From: Daphnia carinata
Lineage: Eukaryota
Assembly (NCBI RefSeq): GCF_022539665.2
Contig: NC_081331.1
Span: 14,136,001 to 14,200,000 of the forward strand
Reading direction: 5' to 3'
DNA: 64,000 bases
The position numbers and the translations under genes were made by a program. Below are positions 1 to 13,328 of this stretch, in pieces (positions within the stretch are counted from its first letter, which is position 1; each line of letters begins with the position of its first letter). The notes under the pieces were generated by a model. It saw only the letters and a list, made by a program, of their open reading frames with translations. It did not search any database and was not told the DNA's origin.

Positions 1-525
1 ACTTACATCCTTTTTCTTCTTGGCTTTTGCTGCTATTTTGGTCTATTCAATTACTTTATTTTCGCACTCGTCGTCCCCATTTTGATCCTCTTGTTTTACA
101 AGATTAACATCAGCTCTATACCACATAAAAATGACGCATCTTTATGTCTTATACATGCAAAGAAACGCATGGCTTGTCTTTGGGATTGAGATACGTCTCG
201 TTGAGCAAAAAATTGCCGCACCGTGCAGTGTACCATTGTCGTTCCGTTTATGACTTGTAATATTTATGATTATACCGTGGTCGTCTAGTATAAGTATTGG
301 ATTGGACCTAGGCCTACTATAGTGGAACGTTCCGCTGACCCAGTATCCCACAACATCTTCAATTGTATGCGCGTGTGGGTAATCGGCACTTTTGGCCAGC
401 AGTGCTGGACAATGTTTAGCGCGCTAGAGTGTGTAATACGCTGGCGAGGCGGTTCTCTCTTACATACCAACAGAATAAAGAGGAACGACTTTCGGCCGCT
501 ATCTTTTTTTTTGTTTAACCCACTG

Positions 526-562
526 TATAAAAGTGACGAGCCGCTGGCTAGCCATTTCAGTC
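526..562 (+). promoter_or_regulatory. Candidate TATA box plus arthropod initiator for cluster gene A
   Basis: TATAAAAG at 526-533 and TCAGT (Inr consensus) at 557-561, about 30 nt apart. A non-coding exon donor TGTGTTGG|GTAAGT follows at 989 and an acceptor TTTTGCAG at 1380. The same layout recurs upstream of gene B. Confidence 0.55.
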
Positions 563-1508
563 TTTCAGTGTCTTATCTCTGGCGCTAATCGTTCGTTACG
601 GCTCTTCTTTTGCTTCATCATCGCACTGACTCTCGGCCGCCTTTTGCTTGAAAACAGAGTGGCTAGACCAGAGTGCAAATCTACATTGTTCTTTCGTCGG
701 CTTGACTTTAAAGAAAAACAACAACAAAGAAGTGTTTAGAAGGCGGAAAGAAAAGTGATCTTGGTTATTGTTCTGTTGCAGTTCTACTTTTCATTTGAGC
801 GTCAAACTTGCTCAACACTTCCCGCTAGTATATATACACGAAAAGGACGTTGGCAACTCGCAGCAATCTGTAATTACACAAGATAATAAGAGAATCATCA
901 GAGATATTGAAAAGATCCCTTCTACTGGACTGCACATTTTCAAGGACTAAGAGGAGAACCGGAACTGAACCGCATCCAGCTGTGTTGGGTAAGTTTTTCT
1001 TTTCAGAATCAAACAGTTACGTCCTAATTAAGGGATCAAGCGAAACAAATTATTCAGTAAAGTAAAAAGAAATTCCTAACTTGGAACCGAAAGGACAGTT
1101 ACTGACTTTGCCAGACTTCCTTTTGCTTGGTGTTACAAGGTACATCGGTGTACAGTATTGTGAACAAGCACCGTACAGTGCAATTGACAACAAAATCACG
1201 TGATTGCAGCTGTCCATTGTTTCGCAGACTCAGCTGGGCAAACCAAGAACTGAAGAAAACGAAAGAAACAAGTCCACTGTCTGATTCCAGTTTGCATTTT
1301 CAGGTAGTGTCACAATAGCCCAACTTGTTGCAGATTGTTTTTGTGTGATTGTGAATGACCTCTCATCCGTTGTTTTGCAGGAAAAAAACGGGATACGATG
1401 TACTCCATGTCAAAATTGTAGCCCTAAAAAAACGAAACACTTCAAATCAATAGAAAGTCTAATAACGCAAAGGATCGTCAACGTTCCTCCGGCAGGAGGT
1501 TATACAAA

Positions 1509-2809
1509 ATGGTGTCGTTAATAGCGATGATCGTCGTTGTCCTGTTGCTGTCCGGGCCACAGATGGCCTCCGCGGCACCAATTCGAGAACACAGAAGTAT
1601 ACAAACGTTTACACATTTTAATGTCTATAGAAAAAAAAAAGTGTTAACACACGAGTCGTTTAGAATGTTGATCTCTTTAGTTCTTCTTAACATTTGTACG
1701 GTTCGTTTTTTGCAGCAGCTGGTGGACAAAACGAAGACAGTTTGAAATTAGAAGTTGACAGCAATTTAGCCGAGGATTGGACGGAACGGAAATATCCACC
1801 ACCCATCGGCGATGTCGACACGACACATAAATACACTCACGGTCACGGTATCGTGACTCATTCCCAACAAGAGCCTTTGCTAATATCGGACGCTATCGTT
1901 CAGCACAGCGTCCTAACAGACCAAGAGGAACTGGATTCAACGATCAATGATTTGCTGTCCCAACTGCAAACGGATTTGACTACCGGTTTAGTATCAACTG
2001 CTGGATTATTTCCCGATATCAATTTCATCAACACAGACACGGACGTTGTCATCGTCGACGCCCCGCCACCCATTGAGGCTGTTGAAGCTGAAGAAGAGAT
2101 CGTAGAAGCCGTTGAAGCCAATCAACCGAACTCGGTGCCTGCCGTCTCTAATTTAGCCAACTTGTTCTTTCCTCAATCCGACAACAGCCTGTCGTCTGCT
2201 GGTTCTTCATCAACATCGTCCTCCAGCGACAGCGTCAGCAGTGGAGGAATACTTGGCGGTTCAGTCTCTTCCACGTCGATCGCCAACCCTTTCGCTATAC
2301 TCTTCAGTTACGGACTGGCGGCCGTCAGCGTCTTTGCCTTGACTTTGCCACTTTGGGTTCCGTTTGTGGTCGGCAAGAGACGCCACGCACCTGGGCCGTT
2401 AAGGAAGAAACTTTATCCGCTCAACAAGAAGAAAGCACCGCTCATCCCTGCTAATCAAACAATTAAACAACCGGAAATCAATTACCAACATTACCAACAT
2501 CAGGAAATTGAAAAATTACCATACAGCGATTACGAGGAGAGTTTTGTGGTGACCCAGCCGCCAAGCGCAGGTATACAGGAGGTGTACCACCCTGCTGATG
2601 GCAGTCCAGATATTCCGGCCGATATCGGTTTGCATCTCGGTCCCTATTCGGCTTTTTTTAGCAATTCATTGTGGCCGAAATCGGACGAGCAACTGAAAGA
2701 TCCAGGACCGCTCAAATCGGAAAACGTCTACGGTCCTATAAGCAATTTTTTCTTGAAAGCTGCACGTAGGAATTCCATAAGAAGGAGATTGCAAAAGAAA
2801 AAGCAATAA
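1509..2809 (+). CDS. Cluster gene A: uncharacterised signal-peptide, Ser-rich single-pass membrane protein (~394 aa); exons 1509-1596 and 1716-2809
   Basis: Exon 1 is a signal peptide (MVSLIAMIVVVLLLSGPQMASAAP). A phase-1 intron 1597-1715 (GTATAC...TTTTTTGCAG) joins it in frame to ORF 1694-2809. Hydrophobic segment PFAILFSYGLAAVSVFALTLPLWVPFVV is followed by GKRR. AATAAA at 2805-2810 overlaps the stop. Visible similarity to the C-terminus of gene B. Confidence 0.85.
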
Positions 2810-3384
2810 AACGTGTGGCGGCAGTGATATATTTCATATTGCATGTATTATAAAATCTTCCGTCTTTTATTTTGTGTTATTAAACATGGTTTGTATTACC
2901 TCACTGCGTAAGGTTCGTTGGCTGTCATCAGCCAACGGATGACGTGCAAGACTTTAACCTTCTTAAATAACCTGCAAGGTCGTCCTCTGCACGTTTGATT
3001 TTTTGTTTCTCGTGGGCTTTGTACGATTTCTCTTGACTAGAAACCGTGCTAAGGTTAACGCTTTGAATATTTAATTTTTTCTAACATTTGCTTCAAATAA
3101 ATCTAAAATCAAAGCCTATAAGTAGTTTGTGTACTCGTTCACCAACAGCTAGCTTTTCCTTATTGTCAAGATACAGTATAATTAGTCTGGGCATGGTCAC
3201 GTGAAGTAGATTCGTGTATCCCGTGATAGACTACGGGTATAGTGCGTCCGATTTCTGGAAAAAACGACTTACAGGTAAGTGCGCAGTGTAACGAATCCCA
3301 CACGAAGACCCAGCACCGCTTTACCGAAGCGAATTCTTCAATGATCGCTAGGTGGCATTCGTTCTTTTCAAGTTGAACGGAGTG

Positions 3385-4530
3385 GAAATACACCGAAAAT
3401 GTGCGATCGCGTTATCGCTGGAGCGTACTGGCGCGCTATCCTACAAGAATTTTTTGTGCATTTAAAAAACGATAGATTTAATGAAAAAAATAAAAATTTT
3501 ACAAGAATCAGCATTCAATTTTGAGTATATTCTGTGATTTTCAAGAAATTCCAGCGAGTGTCAGTTTTTGCAGATTTTGAAGGGAAAATTCCCACGGTCC
3601 TAGCGCTGGTTTGTTCTAGCGCGCCAGTACGCTACAGCGTTAGCGCGATGGGGGTGATTCCTTCGATTAATTTGAAAACTCTAAGGCAAATTGAAAAATG
3701 AGCTTGATTTCCATGATTAGCATTCAATTCTGAATCGAAATCCTGCATTTTAAGTTGAATTTGAAATTTGGCCAAAAATGAAAAAGTGAGAAGGCTATAG
3801 CCTTCTCACTTTTGTCAAAATCTTCAAAAAACGAAAACTCTTAGAATCCGATAAAAATCACACATGTACAACCAAAATTAGACGCTGATTTCGATAAGGT
3901 AGATTTTTTTCTCGTCAACCCAACTGCTTTTTAAATAAACGGAAACAAAATGCTGGCAGCGCACATACTTGGGTTTGTTGTTTTTAATAATTTATTCAAT
4001 AACTATAAGCTCTAGGAAAAAATAAACGACATATTTGTGATTTTCGTTTAATTTCGAATCAAAGTCGTGTATTTTTATGGCTACATCTAGGTGTTTTGAA
4101 AAAAAATGGACGCTGAAAAAAAACGCTGATTTCAGCAAAAATATTTGTTTTCTCGTCAAACCAGCCGTTTGTGTAATAAATGAATTAAACACGCTGCTGG
4201 CGCGCCAGCATTTATCACCCGTTTTTTCCGTTTATTAAAAAAACTATAAGTGCAACGTAAAAATTAACTTCATTTTTGTGATTCTCGTTTAATTTTGAAT
4301 CGGAATCATGTGTTTAAAATCAAATCTAAATTTTGGCCAAAATTGAAAAAGTAGGAAGGCTATACCCTTCTCACTTTTGTCAAAATCGACGAAAAACTAA
4401 ATCTCTTGGAATTCGACGAAAATCACAGGGCATAATGAAAATCGAACGTAGATTAAGATTTAGCTATTGGTTTTCTCATTAAACCAGCCGTTTTTTAAAT
4501 AAAAAATAACAAAATGCTGTTACCGCTTAA
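3385..4530. mobile_element. Non-coding interspersed repeat (probable non-autonomous DNA element, MITE- or Helitron-like), composite copy
   Basis: Perfect 32-bp palindrome AAAAGTGAGAAGGCTATAGCCTTCTCACTTTT at 3782-3813 and an imperfect copy at 4347-4378. Internal inverted repeat ~3404-3440 / 3617-3649. 4125-4427 matches 39105-39399 in reverse orientation. No coding capacity. Boundaries approximate. Confidence 0.75.
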
Positions 4531-7500
4531 AACTTTAAATTCAACTCGAGCTTAAATACTTAATTAGTTTTTGCCTTGACGAAACGTAAAAAAAACCTGT
4601 TTAAGTTGAAATTAGAAAATTAGCTCATATGAGGATGAGATGTTAAGCGAATAAATATAATATGCCGTTGTTGAGTATCAGTTATTCACGTATTTCTTCG
4701 CTAAAAGCCTCTCAGTGACGCTATATGCAGCGTTGTGGTTTAACTTTAGTTGCATTTCACGGTAGTTTTGTTCGACAATTGGGTAAAATCTAAATATTTT
4801 CTCTACAATCGAGTGACCACCGCAATTCTGGTTTGGACCTCCGTTGCTTATGGGCTTTTGTTGTTACCTCACCAAGTGAAGATTTCCGCTGAGGTTTCAG
4901 AATCCAACGGTACGAGTAAGCTCTGCATTTCTGGCTCCATGTCGTTTGATTATCTTAAAAACCAACCAAGTTTTCTTTTGTTTTCACAACGCCAACGCTT
5001 TGATGTACATTCATTTCTACAGCTGCGCAAATGACAAAAGTATATCCGGATAATTTTAACCTGAAATGTAAAATTCGCAATGGAAAAGAGGCGCTTCAAG
5101 AAATCCAGGTTTATGTTTCTACCTTAAGGGTATACAAGAAATATGCTTTTACTTTAAAGACAGCGTTCTTATGAAGAATATACAGAGATGATGCGCGTTT
5201 ATATCTGTACACCTGTTGCAATACCGATCTAGGTTATACAGATGCCGTTTAAATGTTAATTTTGACATCACTCAGCCAATCATCTTTTTTTTTTTCAATA
5301 GTAAAAGTTAATGTAGTCATAACGAAATAACTTTTTAAACAGTCCCTTAGATCTAGTGATCTAGTTGATCCAGTGATGTACAAAAGAAGAGTACCAAGCA
5401 CCTGCATTGCTTTAAAATGCAAGATGTGGCACAGGTGAAATACAAGCAAACCAAAATATAGCAACTAGGGCATGTCCCTCGTTCATCTACACTCCAATAC
5501 ATGTGAAACTGTGTATAGTGTAGTTTGAAGCAGTGCATCCCCAATTCAGGTAATGACTCCATCTTCAGAAAGGGTGGGACCGTAATACGTGCCATTAATA
5601 AAATTGTTCAGCAGAACAGCCCGTCATGGCTGTGGTGCACTTGCTAGTCTAATCTTGTTACTTCTCTTTTTCCTCAAACGTATATACCGTTAGCGGATGG
5701 TAATATGGAAAATAAAGTGCCTCCACGTCCGCCCTTATCTGCGATTATTACTTGGGCCAGGTTAGCGTTTTGAACAAAGGCGAGTAACGAATGCGAACAA
5801 GCAAAACGTACGGGAATGCAAATCTAGAAAGAAAATCTTTTCGAAATGAAAAACGAAAAATCATGTTTTGCTTCAGGGCCTAATCAGCCTGGTGCTCGGT
5901 AATTTAGCCATCCATTTTTCCCTCTTTTCTCTTTGCGAATGAAATGTTTGTTGTTTGCGGTATCCGCACGCAGACCGCGAATGGTTAACCAAAGTCTTTG
6001 TACCCCGGTAACGGATGGTATTTTACGCCAATAAGCATACAAAGCAAAAAGTTGGAAAACAAAGGTGGCATTGCTTAATTCCTTGGACGGGCAGTACTTA
6101 AAATAAAGAGTCGCTGCACTGCAATCAGTTTGACAAGCTGGTCCGTCAACATTTCACAGCGGTCCTGCACCTGCTGTCCCTCCTACACGACAGGACCCAT
6201 GTTTACATGCGTAGCTCTTTGAAGGTTGTTGTTTTCAGCACACACTCAAAAGAACAGCGGTGTTGTTCCCCTTAGTATTATAAATGTTTACATTCATTTC
6301 AATAAATCGACAGGATCTACTGTCAAATGAACTGAGGAAGACTATGGTAATTTCTTCATCACCGAGCAAACGACAATAACAGCTGCTTAACGCGTCACGA
6401 AAATCATCATTATAGTAAATCTAATCGAGTTTTTTCTTACACTCTTATCACAAATTCGGTTCTTCCATTTCCCGGAGTGCAATAGCTACGTTATTTTTCT
6501 TGGTGCACTGACGTCACGACTGCGGTTATCCCCTTTTTGCGTGGGCTGTGGCCGTTGAAAGCTTAGGGGATTTTATTTTGGTTGGAAAACAAGTGACTAT
6601 TCGTTTTTTTAAGGCAGCAGCCTATGGTATTTAAAACAAAGTTGTATATTCAAATTATTGTATAAGTACAGGTACGTCCCATTGACCCATATCTATTCTA
6701 ATAAAAATATATGCAAGATGATGAGGCGTTTCTTTTAACCGTACTTCATCTTTTTTGTCTTTAACAGTAGTTGGCGAGCAAAGACATGTGATGAAGAAGA
6801 ACAAGCCCGTTATTTGCCAATGATTGCGAGTGATTGGGAGATCCGAGTCAATCCAATACAACAATCGTTACTATACATCAATATAACTGTGATTTGAAAT
6901 AATTAGCATAACCATATGCTAGCAATCTTTAATTCATAACTTCAAAATTTAAAGACTGATCCTTAACAAAATAAAGCTTGAAATAGCTGTGCCTTTGATT
7001 TCACACACATTCCAATAACATCCATGGGGGCCTTATTGTATACGAAAATAACACCTAAAAATCCCGTTAGTGATCTTACTAGCCCATAGCTGTGAGGCAA
7101 CAATTTCGATGTAAAGGCTATGCCACCGTTATCCGATGTGTTCAGCTAAAAACAGTAAAAATATATATGAGATGCTGGTCCACGTCTTTTCAAAGTTCAT
7201 CCTCTTGTTCCTGGCTTTCTGATCATGTGGAACAGCATTAACGGAGGCACCATCGATAGGTGACATGTACAATTATTTCCAAACCCTATAGCGGTTTATG
7301 ATCGTTAAATTAAGAAATGGCATCCCAGGTAAAAACCCCAAATGATTTCACTACCCATAAGCCATCTGAGGTGTGTGTTTTGTCTCACCATTGCTAGTGC
7401 GTGATTAGCCTATAACAGTACGTATTTAGTCGGTGTGTTATTGAATGTTACCTCATTCGATCACCTCTTCTTAGATCTCTTTTTAAGTATAGAGGTTTTA

Positions 7501-10500
7501 TTTCCTTTGGGTTTTGTTTTAAAGATCATTTTAACGATTTTTTATATAGCTGAAATTGGTCTATGTTTAATGCGAGTGAGATGGGTTTAGTCACTAATGC
7601 AATAAATGTATTCCAAGAATCGATTGGCGCTGAACTATTCAGTGATGCGGTACGTCCGCTTTAACAGGTGAATATGTTCCCGTGGCATCCACCATTTATA
7701 GCCGCTGACCATTCTTACATTCACGCAAGCTGTGGTGCAATTATTCTACGGGTTTCAATAGTTTTCTTCTCAAGAAAAACAAGAAAGAAGCAACAACATG
7801 CATCAGAGCGCATCGAGAAGAACACGGTCTTGTTTGCTTTGTTCTAAAGTGTCTCATCAGTGGTCTCTCTCGCCATTGGATGTTTGACTTCCACTTAACG
7901 TTCGTGTGAATAGTTGGGAGGGGAAAAAGACGACCGACTTTCACCAATCCACCTGTCAAAAAATAATGAATGAGTGTTTCCTCGTCTTCTTTAATGGCCA
8001 CAATCCGACTTCGATATCTCTTTTCATTTCTTTCTGTTGCACAGTTGACGATACTCATATCACATTCCACGGATGCGTTCAGTAAGGCATGGCGTCATAC
8101 TCGAGCAACATGTAATTTGCATCCACGCCATGCCGCAACGCTTACAACAGGTAAAAGAGTACACGAATGATAGACTGTTGACGGCCATAACATTGGCAAG
8201 ACAGATGGTCGTGTATAGCTTCCTGCTTTCCGGTATAACGGTATACAACATCGCACCAACGTAGCAGTCGTGATTATTATCATAAAGCCAGCATGGAATG
8301 TTACAGCTTGCTGATGATCTGCTCTATAGATGAATGTGCAAATCAGCGCATTTTTTGGCTGAGCAAAAACGTTGTAGCACAGCCTGAAGTATCCGTTAGT
8401 AAAACTGAACTTTTAGGTCGAAACTGTTTGCCACATTTGCCCATCCACCCGCTGGAAGGCAAGTCTTCATCAAGCACGTGGATAACAGCCAAATGATTCT
8501 GGGCTATTGGGCCGGTAGTCTTGTTCAATGATTTATCTTATAGGTGACATTTGTTGTTGATTGTTTCACTCAGCAGGAGAGCGCAGGTAAGTTATGACTT
8601 CCTTTTTGCCCTTGCTGAATGAATAGGGCCCCGTAAAATACCGCTCTCCTTCTTATGTCATATTAATTAATTATCGGCATTGCCCACGTTCGCATTCCCA
8701 CCAAAAGCCATCCACATAACGTCTTCGGACGTCGATATGATAAATATTCGATAGTACCAAAAGAACCCAGCCGAACTCATTTGCAACTTTTCTTGTCCAC
8801 GATTCAAAACAAAGTACAGTATCGTTTCTGTTCCGTTAAGTAGCGGAAAGCATAACGATCTTACATCTTAATTGAACAACATATATCACGCGAGGAAACT
8901 AGAACGCGTTTGAAGATGAATGGCATTGGCAAGATGGTGGTGACATTGCTATTATCGTGAGCGAGAAAATCATCTAATAGTGCGTGTTTTTTGCACGAAG
9001 CTCTTGATACCCTGAAGCGTTTCTCTTGTGCCAACGTAGATAGCGTGAGGTATTTACGACAACGGTGATATTTCGGGCTAGCGCCTTTAGATGTATGTGG
9101 CTTGATTGTATACCTTGGCTCCACCTACTCGCAACAGACATCCTCATCTGAGATATATCTTTGGCTAAGGCGTGAATCTAGGGCTCAGTAGTTGCATTCG
9201 ATTCCGACCGATCGGATCAAAACTCCCGCGTGTGCCTAGACCTGCGAGGTAAACGCACGTCAACAGCAGTTGAAATAGTATCACTCAAACTGAGGAAGAA
9301 CAAAGAGAACACGAATAACCGTGAAGTTTGCTTGTTCACTTCTTCCAGGCGAAACGACGTTGTTATTTCCGGAACCGTTAAATAACTCACCGCTATAAAT
9401 CTTACGTGTTCTCTCTGTCCTCTACTTGAAAAAAACAAACAAAGTCTATCGCTTTAGCGTTACTATTTTCGTGAAGACAGCCTGCGGTAAGTCATTTTCA
9501 ATCACGACATTTTGTCTGCTTTATTTTTGGCTCTTACAGTCCAGGTAAGCTTGCATACAAACAGGTGCGTTATGTACGTACACTGCTTGAAACGACACAC
9601 GGCACGCTTCACGTAGTCTGACAGCTCTTAGACGAGCGACCATTGTTTTTTTTTTAAAAGCTCCATCGTTTAGCCAAAGGTCTGATGAGCTTCGGTTAGT
9701 TTTCTTTTTTAAACTTTGCCCAACATAGTACGACGTTCGAAATTGCTGTTGGCGGGTATTGTTACAGATAACGAATATCTGCGGTCATCAAAGAAATAAA
9801 GCCACTCGTCTCCATTGTTTCTGTGTGAAAAGTCTTCCACGTCAATGAAACTGAAAAGCTAATTCCCTTGCCTTTAGCAAGCTTTGTATACCATCATTCT
9901 AACTGTACACAGACCCTCATCGTCAGTCTTCGTGTTGTGAGAAAAAAGGGAAAATGCGGTGGCCGCCTTTGCTGTCGGCAAAGATTTTTTGAGCAACTAA
10001 ATTTTTTTTCTCTGCTGTTGGCTAACCGTCAAAAATGGACGTTGACGACCAAACGAAAGGGATACACATGCATAATCTCATAAATTTTAGATGCAGCGTT
10101 TCCGTGTAACGGCCGTTGCTCCACGAACGTTTGGGATGCCGGTCTGCGGTGAAGTTGTCGAAACCGAGAGGACGTGTCGTCTCATTCTCGAACTTGTTGT
10201 CGTCACTGTTCATTGACATTGACACTACTGTTACTCTGTGTCTTTGTTTATTTCTATATCAAGTGAATTATTCATTTTGATTGATGGTCGGTCTTATTAG
10301 GGTATCTAATACCACAAACTATACTGGCCAGTCGCACCAATGCAACAGGACGTTGGCATTTTGGCTTAGAATTAAACCTAGAATTATAACCTCAATTATC
10401 TGATGGTTGACTAGCACCAAAAACAAAAGTTCCTTAATCTGCATGCCGTCTAACCCCAAAAGATTACAAAGATGTTTCCAATACGTGAAACAATGTGTAC

Positions 10501-12252
10501 AGCCTGTGCCTAGGGTTGATGAGGTATGCGTTCACCCAACCATATGTGTAGATAGTAATCTTGAACAGGTGGCCAAGTTATGTGGCTTTGTCATTTGTCT
10601 GTCGGATGGCATATTGTCTGGTGGGTTTGTTGTCCCTTTCTTCCTTTTCCTTTCGTCCAGACCGGAAGAAAACCGAATGTAATAGATGACTGTCTATTCT
10701 GTGGTACAATATACTAGTCTATATTATTACTGCCCACGAAAAACACAAGAAAAAAAAAGGGGGACTATCCTGGGAATAAAACAAGAAGAAAAAGAATTTT
10801 GCAATTTCCCTATCAAAGGAAATCTCACTTTGTGTAAAAAGGCCGCCGTGTATTGCGCACTGGCAAAACATTAATTATGACCTAACAGCCACGAATGATT
10901 TGTCAGTTGCACGCCAGGGGATCTCACGCTTCCGCATCCTTCCGGAGGGAATATTGCGCGCCATGTCTGGTACCTTGCGTGCTCCTGCGTGTTCATCACG
11001 TGTAGCAATGGCGTAACGGCACAAAACTATTTGCCTGTCATACTAAAATTATTATTTATGCATAATAGCCCGCGATTCTTTCGCTCTACCAGTAAAAAGT
11101 TGGCAGCCGGACTTGTTATTCAGAGCCCAATGAGGATATCGTTAGTTCAAAAATTTTTGCCAACATATTTAGGCTAAAAAGGTACTTCCATTTCTGTATT
11201 CAGATGCACTCTGACAAGAACAGATAAGCTTTCCTTGCTATTCCTGCTGTAACTAGGCAACGTAAAGGTGATTCACACGCTGCACTGAGTATATGGAGAG
11301 GATGTAACGGTACTAGCCAGCAAACTCTTGAGTTGCATACGACCATGATAACTTGCCTCGGCTTCAGGAGAAGAAGTTAAGCAGGTGCTAATCAATGGAG
11401 CGTTGCATCCATTGCCGGTAGCGAAGCACCAAGCGTATGCAAGTTGGGCTTCTTAGCGGGGTAAGAAATATATTCACGCCGCCGGTGTTCAGTACAGAGA
11501 ACGCTGCTGCCCTCCGCAAGTTTTAAACGCGTTCATGTAAAAAAATGAATAACAACATGAAATTAAAAACAAAAATAAAAAGAAGAAATGATCCCCTTTA
11601 ACCAATAGCAGGTTGCTTGTTTAGTAAAATTGAGGGAATTGTTTTGTTTGGTTACTTCTCGATGCCAAATTGTTAGACTAGCATAATATGAATATTGGTT
11701 TATTTGGGTTATAGATGTTGGTCTTCCATACATAACGGGTTTTACCTCATTTTTTTTACGACGTTCTTCTACAATAAAATGTTGCTCTTTTTGCATCGCA
11801 TCGAGAAACGAAAATCGCATCCGCCTGCTTATTACTACATCAAAAGGATGTAGAATAACAAACAAAACTACACTAAAATTTGAAAGTGCTAGATCTTCTT
11901 CAGTTTATTACCGGCACAGGCCATGTGTGACGATAGTAGTGGTTGATCCCCATCTTAAAGAACAGTCCATCCAGCGCAAGTCTTTCTAACAATTTGACCC
12001 ATCGTTATAGTCAATAGAACCAATGTCTTGCACGTAGGGATTGTCCAGTTTTTTCTAATCAGGAAGAGGTTTAGTGAGGTGGCGATATTTCTTTCACTTC
12101 GTTTAAAGATCGTTTACGAACAATCCTAATGTTATTCCGATAGAACCGATGAAGCAACTGTATTCAGTTTTCTCATTCTCATATTGTTCAGCCAAACGGA
12201 TGGTAATGTGCTTTAGTCCTCGTAAACGGATAGCAGTTATTTGATACTTTTC

Positions 12253-13038
12253 CCTCCCCATTTCCAATTAGAAGAAAACAGCTCAAACGTAACACAAAGC
12301 GCGTTTCACCGCTTGATTTGGTTCATTAGTTCATCTTTGTTGCGTTCACCAGCTCTTGTTTTTAGTTATTTGTCTAACTCTTTTTGATTTATCAAAGACA
12401 TTCAGAGAATAAACGAAACAAAATGATGATCTGACGGTCGATCAAAGCATTGTTTTTGGGTGTATTTCAGAAACGGTTGACCTAATGGGAAAAAGAACGA
12501 CATATTTGTGATCTTCGTTCAATTTTGAATCGGAATCATGTATTTTTAATCAAATTTAGATTTTGGCCAAAAATGAAAAAGTGAGAAGGCTATAGCCTTC
12601 CCACTTTTGTCAAAATCCGCAAAAAAATGAAAACTCTTAGAATGCGATAAAAATCACCCAGAACATTCAAAATTAAACGTTGATTTCGATAAAGTAGTTT
12701 GTTTTTGCGTAAAATCAATTGTTTTTAAAATACATCGAATATTTAACACAATCGCTATGGCGCCAGTACGCAACAGCGCTAGCGCGATGCAGCTCAAATA
12801 TTGGGTGTATTTCAAAAATGGTTGGCCTAATGGACCTCCCGATTTCCAATTAGAATAAAACAGTTCAAACGTAACACAAAGCGCGTTCCACCGCTTGATT
12901 TGGTTTCATTAGTTTGCCTTTGTTGCGTTTACCAGCTTTTGTTTTTAGTTATTTATCTAACTCTGTTTGATTTATCAAAGACATTCAGGCAATAAACAAA
13001 ACAAAAGATGACCTGACGGTCGATCAAAGCATTGTTTT
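12253..13038. repeat. ~200-bp direct repeat (12253-12457 and 12835-13038) enclosing a fragment of the palindrome repeat family
   Basis: Both copies read ...TTTCCAATTAGAA.AAAACAG.TCAAACGTAACACAAAGCGCG...GACGGTCGATCAAAGCATTGTTTT. The interior contains GTGAGAAGGCTATAGCCTTCCCAC (12581-12604) and GCGCCAGTACGC.ACAGCG.TAGCGCGA, as at ~3620-3649. Confidence 0.8.
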
Positions 13039-13292
13039 CGAGCTTTATAAATCCATTAAAAAACATGATTAGGATATTGCAAGATCAGCTTTCATCTTCG
13101 TTCCCACAATAAAACTTGTTACCTTTTTTGCTAATAGACTTGGATGGTTTGGCGCGTGTAGTACAACTCCCGTTCAGTGGGCGGACTTCTTTCGAAGAGA
13201 ACAAAAAAAAAACATACCGCCCACCAACTGGTGAATTTACGGTATACACATGCACCATCGTGTTGTGTTTTCTTAGAGCAAACAAAAATTTC

Positions 13293-13328
13293 TATATAAA
13301 CAGCTGGTTGCTCGATGCCACTTTCAGT
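13293..13328 (+). promoter_or_regulatory. Candidate TATA box plus initiator for cluster gene B
   Basis: TATATAAA at 13293-13300 and TCAGT at 13324-13328 with canonical ~31-nt spacing. 5'UTR exon donor TGTGTTGG|GTAAGT at 13578. Confidence 0.6.

Noticed and set aside
5250..12200. Scattered short ORFs and exon-like fragments between genes A and B
   Set aside because: No consistent frame, no recognisable protein motif and frequent stops; may be decayed sequence but cannot be called.
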